Source: Myxococcota bacterium (GTDB lineage Bacteria > Myxococcota_A > UBA796 > GCA-2862545). From it: DNA of 64,000 nucleotides. Of the stretch, positions 1 to 8,168 are shown piece by piece; position 1 is the stretch's first letter, and the number at the start of each line of letters is the position of its first letter. A model generated the notes under the pieces. It saw nothing but the letters and a program-made list of their open reading frames with translations. It did not search any database and was not told where the DNA came from. Both the position numbers and the translations under genes were made by a program. The stretch is from NCBI GenBank assembly GCA_039208735.1, contig JBCCQY010000009.1, positions 34,557-98,556 on the forward strand, read 5' to 3'.

Positions 1-1591
1 TGTCGTCAGGCGGTCCTGGAGGAGCTGAGCAAAGCAGGCGTTCCAACACCCAAAGGCCACGGGTTACCGTGTTGGGGCTGTCGGGATTCGAGGTGGCGGT
101 CATCCATGCGGCCGACCCTAAGAAGCCGGGACGCGCGTTGGGAACCGTGGTCCGAACCCAGCCATCATCGCCGCCCGGCCATTCCACGCGGTAGTGCGCG
201 GCAAGCGTTTCGTTGACCCAGCGTTCTTCGCTGCGCAGCATGTCGGTGAAGGTGATGCGGTCGGCAAAGAAGTCTTGGGTGAGGAGGCGCAGCTCTTGGC
301 TCATCGAGCTCCGAAGCGCTTCGTTGAACTCGGGGTAGACCACGACCGACGGTTGAACCCGTTGAAGCAAGCGTAGATCAAGCCACTGGCCCGCGAAGTT
401 GTTGATGAGGGCGTCGACCCGCACGTCGTCCAGCATGCGATCGGCCTCGGTCAACACGCCATCGTCGGTAGCCAGCGCGTCTTCGCTGGCGGCCACCAAG
501 AGGTCATCGTCCGGAATGGTTGACCACAAGAAGAACGACAGGCGGGAGGCGAGCTCGTAGCTCGTGAGACGGCCGAAGAGGCCGCCGGGGTCTTGCTCAG
601 CGCGGTACAGGAAGTTCGGGTTGAGCAGGATGACTTTAAAGGCATGCTGCATCGCCTGGGTCCATTCCAGACCTTCAGCGTCCGCTGTTTCAAACGCGGC
701 CTTCACAAAGGCCACATCCTCTTCGTCGAGTGCCCGGCGCCAGGCCCGGGTGGCGAACGATGAAAGGATGTCGTCGGTGCACGTCGCGCGCGTCTCCGGG
801 GTGCAATCAAACAACTGCGAGTAGGCCACGGTGGGCCCTGTGCGCGGGCTCGTGGGCCCCTGAATCCAATAGAGGAGCCAGCCGACATCGGCTTCTTCAG
901 GGTTGGTCAGTCGCCACACGAAGCGGTGGGGGCCAGGCTCGAGCGTCACTTCCGTGAACACTTCGGGGGGGGCGTCCGCGTTTGTCGAGGTGACCTCGAT
1001 GGTGTCCACCACCATGCCGTCGACCAGCAATTCAACCATCGCGGGGGTCGAAGACAACGAATACAGACGGCTGTCGATAATAAAGTTGCCGTCGTACAAT
1101 GTCGATTGGGTGACTTCGACCGAGCCTTCTTGAATAATGTAAGCCCGGTTGATCCGGTTTTGCACGTCGGGATCGGGCTCGTAGTAATAGTCGGGTGGCC
1201 CGTTGGGATCGACGTCTTGGTAGCCTTCGCCGAAGTAGGTGACCCCGGCGTCGGTGCCGTGAACCACGTCGTACTTCACCGTTTCTTCAAGGTCTCGACC
1301 GAAGTATTCGTCAAGCGCCGTATCGACCGCAATCTCGAGGCCGGCCAGGTGGGAGACGGTAACCGAGAGCGCATCGGCAATATTGTCGAGACCGTCGGTT
1401 GATTCATCCGTCGGAAGGGCCGAGGACGGCCTTGACTCGACGGTCGCAAGTAGATCGCGGAACGCATTGTCCAGTTCCGCGCGATTGAGACGATGGAGCG
1501 CCTTGGCCGGAACGGGCCCTGGCTCCTCTATGACTGGCCCTTCGTCTTTGGAGCCTGAACACGCGAGCACGAAACTCAAGAGCACCATCAC
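1..1591 (-). CDS. DUF1592/DUF1588/DUF1587/DUF1595 (PSD-domain) lipoprotein, 3'-partial (runs off the window start)
   Basis: Not in the ORF track because no stop lies in the window. Manual translation from GTG 1591 (GGAGG upstream): MMVLLSFVLAC...LHRLNRAELDNAFRDLL...FATRAWRR...ILLNPNFLYR...LTSYELASRLSFFLWSTIPDDDLL...NFAGQWL...RGLWVLERLLC. These are typical PSD-domain motifs. Confidence 0.9.
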   Translation of the reverse strand, partial: MMVLLSFVLACSGSKDEGPVIEEPGPVPAKALHRLNRAELDNAFRDLLATVESRPSSALPTDESTDGLDNIADALSVTVSHLAGLEIAVDTALDEYFGRDLEETVKYDVVHGTDAGVTYFGEGYQDVDPNGPPDYYYEPDPDVQNRINRAYIIQEGSVEVTQSTLYDGNFIIDSRLYSLSSTPAMVELLVDGMVVDTIEVTSTNADAPPEVFTEVTLEPGPHRFVWRLTNPEEADVGWLLYWIQGPTSPRTGPTVAYSQLFDCTPETRATCTDDILSSFATRAWRRALDEEDVAFVKAAFETADAEGLEWTQAMQHAFKVILLNPNFLYRAEQDPGGLFGRLTSYELASRLSFFLWSTIPDDDLLVAASEDALATDDGVLTEADRMLDDVRVDALINNFAGQWLDLRLLQRVQPSVVVYPEFNEALRSSMSQELRLLTQDFFADRITFTDMLRSEERWVNETLAAHYRVEWPGGDDGWVRTTVPNARPGFLGSAAWMTATSNPDSPNTVTRGLWVLERLLCSAPPGPPDD

Positions 1592-1786
1592 TCGACCTCC
1601 GTGCAACGCATTGAAACGAATGGGACCCTGACCTGCCAGGAAATTCCGGTCAAGAAGCGGTGCGTAAGGGGGTTCCAGCCGTCGGAGGCCGAACCTCGGC
1701 CCGTGACAAGTGGGCCTACCATTTGAGGCAATTCTGTGCTTCCATGGCAACAATGTTGTCCCCGAGGGGGGATCTTGGAGTGGCGG

Positions 1787-2353
1787 ATGTTGCTTTTGTG
1801 GGCGGGAATCCTGACGGCTGCGGCGGACCCAGGCTGGGTGATCGAGCCTTTGGCACCCGCAGCGGGGATCCGGCTGGCGCCGCAAGGCCAGGTCCAGTTT
1901 GACGTTTTGCTGCAGCCGCGATTCCGAAGGCAGACCAGTCGCTTCGAGGCCAACGGAACGGATGAATCTGTCGACACCACCGAACTCAACTTGGGCGGAG
2001 AGATTGCCGGTACCCTCCGCCTCGGTCTGCGCCCAACGCGGGGCCGGCCCACGCTGTCGTTAGGGGGAAGTGCGGGGTTGCGCCGAATCATTTTGTCTAG
2101 TGCGAGTGACCTTGTTGCGGCGCCGGATCCGTACACCACGTTCGATGCCCGGGCCTGGGTGGGTGCGGGGGCGATTCATCCGATCACCAAGCGGTGGTCC
2201 GTAGGGTTCGACATCGAGTTGGCCGGTTTGGAATGGCGTAGTTCCAACCAGCTCCGCTCGAGTTCCGCCCTGACCGTGATCTCAAACCCAAGTCGCACCA
2301 TCGACCTAAACCTGCTTTCAGGGGCGCATCTCTTTCTTTCCGTCCAACCCTGA
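1787..2353 (+). CDS. Secreted hypothetical protein, possibly a small outer-membrane beta-barrel
   Basis: GGAG precedes ATG 1787. Hydrophobic N-terminus MLLLWAGILTAAA, then alternating beta-strand patterns (WVGAGAIH, WSVGFDIEL). Confidence 0.55.
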   Translation: MLLLWAGILTAAADPGWVIEPLAPAAGIRLAPQGQVQFDVLLQPRFRRQTSRFEANGTDESVDTTELNLGGEIAGTLRLGLRPTRGRPTLSLGGSAGLRRIILSSASDLVAAPDPYTTFDARAWVGAGAIHPITKRWSVGFDIELAGLEWRSSNQLRSSSALTVISNPSRTIDLNLLSGAHLFLSVQP

Positions 2354-2359
2354 CGAGAC

Positions 2360-2637
2360 CTACGCCAGCCCCAGCCCGTTGCGCTTCCGAGCGAAGCCCT
2401 CGGCGGTGCACAGCGTGTGGATGAAGGTTCCCGGGGCACGCTCATACGAAAGAAGTCCCCCACTATCGTCGAAGACCACGATGTGGATGGGATCGTAGCC
2501 CTCTACGTGGTGGACGATCGCGGGACGGTTCGCCAATTCTTCAGCCGGATCGATGTTGCACGTTGCCTGTAGCGACCGGGGCAGTTTCGAATGGGGATCC
2601 AATCGCCACGTTGGAAAAGCTCATCGAACGTCGACAT
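2360..2637 (-). pseudogene. Small hypothetical protein split by a 1-nt frameshift (or an assembly error)
   Basis: ATG 2637 reads MSTFDELFQRGDWIPIRNCPGRY. The other frame (ORF 2360..2602) reads ...GGLLSYERAPGTFIHTLCTAEGFARK. The span is 278 nt, and adding 1 nt gives a 92-aa ORF. Confidence 0.55.
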
Positions 2638-2715
2638 GGTGAATCCGTATCGTCGTTCGCTACCTGACCAGTCGGGGCGTCTCGACGGTTATGGACCCTG
2701 CCCAAGGGGATCCAA

Positions 2716-5700
2716 ATGTCGCAACTGCCGCATTATCGCTCGAAACATCAGATCCGCGTGGTCACTGCAGCGTCGCTGTTCGATGGACATGACGCTGCGA
2801 TCAATGTGATGCGCCGGATCCTCCAGTCCTCCGGGGCAGAGGTCATTCACCTCGGCCACAACCGCGCCGCCCTCGAAGTCGTCGAAGCCGCGATTCACGA
2901 GGACGCCCAGGCCATCGCGATCTCGTCGTACCAGGGGGGCCACATGGAGTACTTCCGCTACATGCGCACGCTCCTCGATGAACGAGGAGCCAAGCATGTG
3001 CGGATCTTCGGCGGAGGCGGCGGTGTCATCGTTCCGGACGAGATCCGGACCCTGCAGGACGAAGGAGCGGTCGATCGCATCTATTCGCCTGAAGACGGCC
3101 GGCGCATGGGGCTGCAAGGCTTGATCGACGACTTGCTTCAACGCAGCGACTTCGATCCGGTCGAGCGTGCACCGGCGACCCTCGAAGCGGTCGAGCAAGG
3201 CGACCTTGGAGCGCTGGCGCGGTTCGTGACCCGTGCCGAAGCCGATGTGGCCGACCCGGGTAAGCACCTCGAGGAGATTCACCGGGAAACCCTGGCTCGC
3301 TGGGGTTCCAAAGCCGTTCCGGTCTTGGGCATCACGGGCACGGGAGGGGCCGGGAAGTCGTCGCTCACCGATGAGTTGCTGCGTCGATTCTTGCTTGACC
3401 GGGATGCGATTCGAATCGCGATCCTCTCCATCGATCCCACCCGCAAGCGCACCGGTGGGGCCTTGCTCGGCGACCGCATCCGCATGAACGCCATCAAGGA
3501 TGGACGCATCTTCATGCGGTCGTTGGCCACTCGAAGTCAACGGGGTGAGCTTTCGGCCGCGACCGAACCTGTGGTGGCGCTGTGCAAAGGCGCTGGCTTC
3601 GACCTGATCATCGTCGAAACCTCGGGCATTGGCCAGGGAGATGCTGGCATCGTTGAGACCAGCGACGTGTCGATGTACGTGATGACCCCCGAGTACGGAG
3701 CCCCGAGCCAGCTCGAGAAAATCGATATGCTCGACTACGCCGATCTGGTTGCCATCAACAAATTCGAGAAACGAGGCGCCGAAGATGCGCTGCGCGACGT
3801 TCGCAAGCAGGTCCGGCGAAACCGAGGCCTGTGGGACGCCGAAGATGTTGAGCTGCCGGTGTACGGCACCATTGCATCGCGGTTTGCCGACGACGGGGTG
3901 GATGCGCTCTACGTCGCGCTGGTCGGAGCGCTCGCCCGGGTGACGGACCAGCCCTGGCCCACGCAGGTCTCGGTCGATGACAACACCCGCGCGTCGTCGG
4001 CATCACGAGCGCTCATCCCCGGTCCTCGTCAGCGCTACCTCGCGGAAATCGTCGAGACAGGGCAGCGCTATCGTGCACAGTCTTTTGCCCAGGTGGAGGC
4101 GGTCCGGAAGGTTCAGCACCTCGAGACGGCACGAGCGGAACTTGCCGACACCGAGGCGGCGCCGCTGGTCGAGTCCAAGCTCGACGAAGCCCGGAGCAAG
4201 GTTGAACCTGCCGTCGCCGACTATGTTGCGAAGTGGCCTAAGACCGTGGCCGCGTTCGCCGGTGACACCTACACCTACACGGTGCGGGGCCGAGAGATTT
4301 CACAGCCCGCAAGCCACACCTCGTTGTCGCATCAGCGGATTCCGCGCATCGCCTTGCCGACCACCCAAGACCATGGCGAGATCGTTCGCTACGGCAGGCT
4401 CGAGGGCGTGCCTGGGTCCTTCCCGTTTACCGCCGGGGTATTCGCTTTGAAGCGGCTCGACGAAGAACCCAAACGCATGTTCGCGGGGGAAGGCGGACCC
4501 GCCAAGACCAACGCGCGCTTCCACTACCTGTGCCAGGACGAACCTGTCTCTCGACTTTCGACCGCCTTCGACTCGGTGACGTTGTACGGCGAAGATCCAG
4601 ACGAACGGCCCGACATCTTCGGCAAGGTGGGCGAATCGGGCGTGAGCGTGCCGCACCTCGATGACATGAAGATCTTGTACTCGGGGTTCGACCTTTGCGC
4701 GCCCACCACCTCGGTTTCGATGACCATCAACGGTCCCGCTCCCATTCTGCTCGCCCTGTTCTTCAACACGGCCATCGATCAACAGGTCGAGAAGTTCGTC
4801 GCTGCCCATCAGCGGTCCCCCTCCGAAGAGGAACACCGCGACATCGCCGCTCGGGCCGTTCAGTCGGTTCGCGGCACCGTCCAAGCCGACATCCTCAAGG
4901 AAGATCAGGCGCAGAACACCTGCATCTTCTCAACCGAGTTTGCCCTGCGCATGATGGGCGACATTCAAGCGTGGTTCGTCGATCATAAGGTTCGCAACTT
5001 CTATTCGGTGAGTATTAGCGGCTACCATATCGCGGAGGCCGGCGCGAACCCCATCACTCAGCTCGCGTTTACGCTGGCCAATGGCTTTACGCTCGTTGAG
5101 TACTACCTGGCCCGCGGCATGGACATCGACGCCTTTGCGCCAAACCTCTCGTTCTTCTTCAGCAACGGGTTGGACCCCGAGTACACGGTCATCGGGCGCG
5201 TGGCGCGGCGAATTTGGTCGGTCGCCATGCGGGAACGCTACGGCGCCTCGGAGCGCAGTCAGAAGCTGAAGTACCACATCCAGACGAGCGGCCGGTCGCT
5301 GCACGCACGTGAGATTCAGTTCAACGACATCCGCACCACCCTGCAGGCCCTCCTCGCCATCTCGGACCACTGCAACAGCCTGCACACCAACGCCTACGAT
5401 GAAGCCATCACCACGCCTACCGAGGAGTCGGTCCGCCGTGCCATGGCGATTCAGATGATCATCAACCGCGAACTTGGGCTTGCGAAGAACGAAAATCCAC
5501 TTCAAGGCAGCTACTTCGTCGAGTACTTGACCGACATGGTGGAAGCAGCGGTTTGGGCCGAGTTCGATCGGCTATCCGACCGGGGTGGCGTGCTGGGGGC
5601 GATGGAACTTCAATACCAGCGGTCGCAAATCCAGGAGGAGTCGCTGTATTACGAGCGTCTCAAGCACGACGGCACGCTGCCCATCATCGGGGTCAACACC

Positions 5701-5979
5701 TACCTCGATCCGGCAACCACGTCGGACGACTGGGAGCCGCCCGAGGTCGAATTGCGTCGGTCCACGAACGACGAGAAGGTCGCCCAAATCGAGTCGGTGC
5801 GCGCCTTCCAGAGCAAACACGCCGAGACGGCGCCCGAGGCCCTGAAGCGTCTGCAGCACGTCGCGTTGTCGGGCGGCAACATCTTTGGCGAACTGATGCA
5901 GACCGTTCGGGTGGCGACCCTTGGACAGATCAGCCGAGCGCTGTATGCGGTCGGTGGAGAGTATCGAAGGAACCTGTAA
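2716..5979 (+). CDS. icmF: Fused isobutyryl-CoA mutase / MeaB-type GTPase
   Basis: N-terminal B12-binding domain (FDGHDAA), GTPase P-loop GTGGAGKS with ETSG and NKFE, and a mutase barrel with RMFAGEG (Phe where methylmalonyl-CoA mutase has Tyr). 1087 aa. Confidence 0.96.
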   Translation: MSQLPHYRSKHQIRVVTAASLFDGHDAAINVMRRILQSSGAEVIHLGHNRAALEVVEAAIHEDAQAIAISSYQGGHMEYFRYMRTLLDERGAKHVRIFGGGGGVIVPDEIRTLQDEGAVDRIYSPEDGRRMGLQGLIDDLLQRSDFDPVERAPATLEAVEQGDLGALARFVTRAEADVADPGKHLEEIHRETLARWGSKAVPVLGITGTGGAGKSSLTDELLRRFLLDRDAIRIAILSIDPTRKRTGGALLGDRIRMNAIKDGRIFMRSLATRSQRGELSAATEPVVALCKGAGFDLIIVETSGIGQGDAGIVETSDVSMYVMTPEYGAPSQLEKIDMLDYADLVAINKFEKRGAEDALRDVRKQVRRNRGLWDAEDVELPVYGTIASRFADDGVDALYVALVGALARVTDQPWPTQVSVDDNTRASSASRALIPGPRQRYLAEIVETGQRYRAQSFAQVEAVRKVQHLETARAELADTEAAPLVESKLDEARSKVEPAVADYVAKWPKTVAAFAGDTYTYTVRGREISQPASHTSLSHQRIPRIALPTTQDHGEIVRYGRLEGVPGSFPFTAGVFALKRLDEEPKRMFAGEGGPAKTNARFHYLCQDEPVSRLSTAFDSVTLYGEDPDERPDIFGKVGESGVSVPHLDDMKILYSGFDLCAPTTSVSMTINGPAPILLALFFNTAIDQQVEKFVAAHQRSPSEEEHRDIAARAVQSVRGTVQADILKEDQAQNTCIFSTEFALRMMGDIQAWFVDHKVRNFYSVSISGYHIAEAGANPITQLAFTLANGFTLVEYYLARGMDIDAFAPNLSFFFSNGLDPEYTVIGRVARRIWSVAMRERYGASERSQKLKYHIQTSGRSLHAREIQFNDIRTTLQALLAISDHCNSLHTNAYDEAITTPTEESVRRAMAIQMIINRELGLAKNENPLQGSYFVEYLTDMVEAAVWAEFDRLSDRGGVLGAMELQYQRSQIQEESLYYERLKHDGTLPIIGVNTYLDPATTSDDWEPPEVELRRSTNDEKVAQIESVRAFQSKHAETAPEALKRLQHVALSGGNIFGELMQTVRVATLGQISRALYAVGGEYRRNL

Positions 5980-6617
5980 TGCTTCGGCTGAAACGCTCCA
6001 CGCGCGCAGGATGGGTTCAGGCGGTGCAGGCCGACCTACCCACCCTGGTGCTGGATCACGCTCACTGTGAAAAAAAGGCCGCTTCGACGGCCCTGAACTT
6101 GATCTTCCGCTATCAAGACCATCCGCATCTCATGGTTCCGCTGTCGGAGGTGGCTCGGGAGGAGCTGGAGCACTTTGAGCTGGTGCTCGGGTTGCTGTCG
6201 GAGCGTGAGTGGCCCTTTGTGCCCCTTGAACCAAGCCCCTATGCGGGTCTGCTCTATCGGAACGTGCGCAAGGCCGAGCCGCATCGTCTGCTCGACACGT
6301 TGCTGGCTTGCGCGCTCATCGAGGCGCGGAGCTGCGAGCGCATGAAGCGACTGGCCACCGAACTCGAGGATGCTGAACTACGTGCACTGTACGGAAGTTT
6401 GCTCGAGAGCGAGGCTCGCCATCATGCGCTGTACGTCGATCTCGCGCTGCACGACTTCGATCGGCAAACCGTGATGACCCGGCTCGACGAACTTGCCAAC
6501 GCCGAGGTTGAAGCGCTTTCGGCGACGCCCTTTCAATTTCGTGTCCATTCGCTTGCCGAACCCGAGCGGATGCGTTCCCCGGACGCCAACGACATGGGAG
6601 AGCGCCGTGCGCCGTGA
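5979..6617 (+). CDS. miaE: tRNA-(ms2io6A)-hydroxylase, ferritin-like di-iron protein
   Basis: DHAHCEKKAA, EELEHF, ALIEARSCER and LLESEARH motifs. ATG overlaps the icmF stop (TAATG). Confidence 0.93.
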   Translation: MLRLKRSTRAGWVQAVQADLPTLVLDHAHCEKKAASTALNLIFRYQDHPHLMVPLSEVAREELEHFELVLGLLSEREWPFVPLEPSPYAGLLYRNVRKAEPHRLLDTLLACALIEARSCERMKRLATELEDAELRALYGSLLESEARHHALYVDLALHDFDRQTVMTRLDELANAEVEALSATPFQFRVHSLAEPERMRSPDANDMGERRAP

Positions 6618-7239
6618 CCTCACCGACATCACCTTGGTCGTCGATCGTAGCGGGTCCATGCAGGCGATTCGCGACGATGCGCAGGGCGGAATCAACGCCC
6701 TCATCGCGGACCAAGCCAAGGAACCTGGACAAGCGATCATCACGCTTGTCGACTTCGACACCGAGTATCGGTTTGTGCATCGGGGGGTTCCGGCCGGCGA
6801 CATTCCCCCCTACGAACTGGTTCCGCGAGGCTCTACCGCGCTTCTCGACGCCGTGGGTCGGGCGATCAACGAAACCGGAGCGCGGTTGGCGGAGATGCCC
6901 GAGGACGAACGACCCGGTCTTGTGATTTTCGTGGTCTCAACCGACGGACACGAGAACTCGAGCCGGGAGTTCGACAAGGACCAGGTGCGCGAGATGATCG
7001 AACACCAGCAGTCCGTCTACAATTGGCAGTTCACGTTCTTAGGTGCGGATGCTGAGGCGTTCGCCGAGGCTGGTGCGATGGGCATCGATCGGACCGGGGT
7101 GGCGCAGTACGACCCAAAGAAGGTGGGTTCGGCGTACGTGGGTACGAGCGCCAAACTGTCGCGAATGCGGAAGCAGGCGGCGTCAGGCGAAGCCGTTTCC
7201 AACGCCTTTACCGCCGAAGAACTCGATGAGATGAACTAA
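6607..7239 (+). CDS. von Willebrand factor A domain protein
   Basis: MIDAS motif VVDRSGSM, GSTALLDA, VSTDGHENSS, WQFTFLGA. GTG start with GGGAG upstream. Confidence 0.9.
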   Translation: MRRDLTDITLVVDRSGSMQAIRDDAQGGINALIADQAKEPGQAIITLVDFDTEYRFVHRGVPAGDIPPYELVPRGSTALLDAVGRAINETGARLAEMPEDERPGLVIFVVSTDGHENSSREFDKDQVREMIEHQQSVYNWQFTFLGADAEAFAEAGAMGIDRTGVAQYDPKKVGSAYVGTSAKLSRMRKQAASGEAVSNAFTAEELDEMN

Positions 7240-7241
7240 GC

Positions 7242-8060
7242 CTACAGTTCAAAGCAGTCGGCAATGCCGTTCATGTTGAGATCGACGGTGTTGTCGAGTT
7301 TGGGGCAGACGTCGCAGTCATCCGGGATGTCATCGAGGTCCCGATCCAATCGGTCGTCGGCGCCGGGGCAGACGTCGCAGGCGTCGGGAACGCTGTCCTG
7401 GTCTGAATCCAGGAAATTGGGACCGGACGAGCAGACGTCACAGCCGTCGGGGATGCCGTCAGCGTCGATATCGATCGCATCGTCGGCGTTCGGGCAAGCG
7501 TCGCAGTCGTCCGGCACACCATCTGCGTCGCTGTCGACCGTATCGTCCCCCAGCAGGCAGAGGTCGCAGGCGTCAGGCACGCCATCGCCATCTGCGTCGC
7601 TGTCGACGGTAGACGCCTCGCAGACCACTTGGGCCTCCAAGGTCACCTCGAACGACGTTCCCTCGGCGCCCTGAACGTTGACCACATCGGTGTACACGCC
7701 ATAGGTCGGGTCGCGGAGTTCGACCGTCACCGCGATTCGTTCGCCGGCGGCAAGCTCCAACGGGTTTTCGGGCGAAACGTCCGCATCCACCACGAAGGGG
7801 CCAGGGACGGCCGACGTCAGCGCGAGCTGAGTCACCCCCGTTTCGTTGGCGCAGCGATTCGTGAGGAAGATCGTGTCGCTGATCGGTCCCTCAGCCTCCA
7901 GGACCGCGAGGGGCCATTCGCCGAAGTCTACTGACTCTGGCATCACTTCGAGGCATTGGACCTCCGGATCTGGGGAGGTCACGGCTGCAGTTTCTGTGGG
8001 TTCCTCCTGCACAACACAACCGATGCTGCCTATGAGAAACCAGGGCACAAACTTGGACAT
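7242..8060 (-). CDS. Lipoprotein with an Ig-like (choice-of-anchor D/ASH-like) domain and thrombospondin type-3 repeats
   Basis: MSKFVPWFLIGSIG-C lipobox and a PESVDFG Ig-domain start. About six 20-aa D-x-D-x-D-G-[VI]-P-D-x-C-D-x-C repeats at the C-terminus. Confidence 0.85.
   Translation of the reverse strand: MSKFVPWFLIGSIGCVVQEEPTETAAVTSPDPEVQCLEVMPESVDFGEWPLAVLEAEGPISDTIFLTNRCANETGVTQLALTSAVPGPFVVDADVSPENPLELAAGERIAVTVELRDPTYGVYTDVVNVQGAEGTSFEVTLEAQVVCEASTVDSDADGDGVPDACDLCLLGDDTVDSDADGVPDDCDACPNADDAIDIDADGIPDGCDVCSSGPNFLDSDQDSVPDACDVCPGADDRLDRDLDDIPDDCDVCPKLDNTVDLNMNGIADCFEL
7245..7610 (-). repeat. About six 60-bp coding tandem repeats (TSP3-type Ca-binding)
   Basis: Recurrent gtcgcag/gcagacgtc motifs at about 60-bp spacing, encoding DGVPDACDLC-type units. 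Confidence 0.85.
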
Positions 8061-8168
8061 AGGGGATCCTCCGCGATCTTGGCAAATCGCATCGTACCAC
8101 TTGGTCGCGGAGGGTCTGCGGTATCCGCAGACGGAGTGGGTGGGTCTATGAGGTCCCGAGGAGTCGAC

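Noticed and set aside
2640..2715. Cobalamin riboswitch upstream of icmF
   Set aside because: The intergenic region is too short and no B12 box is visible.
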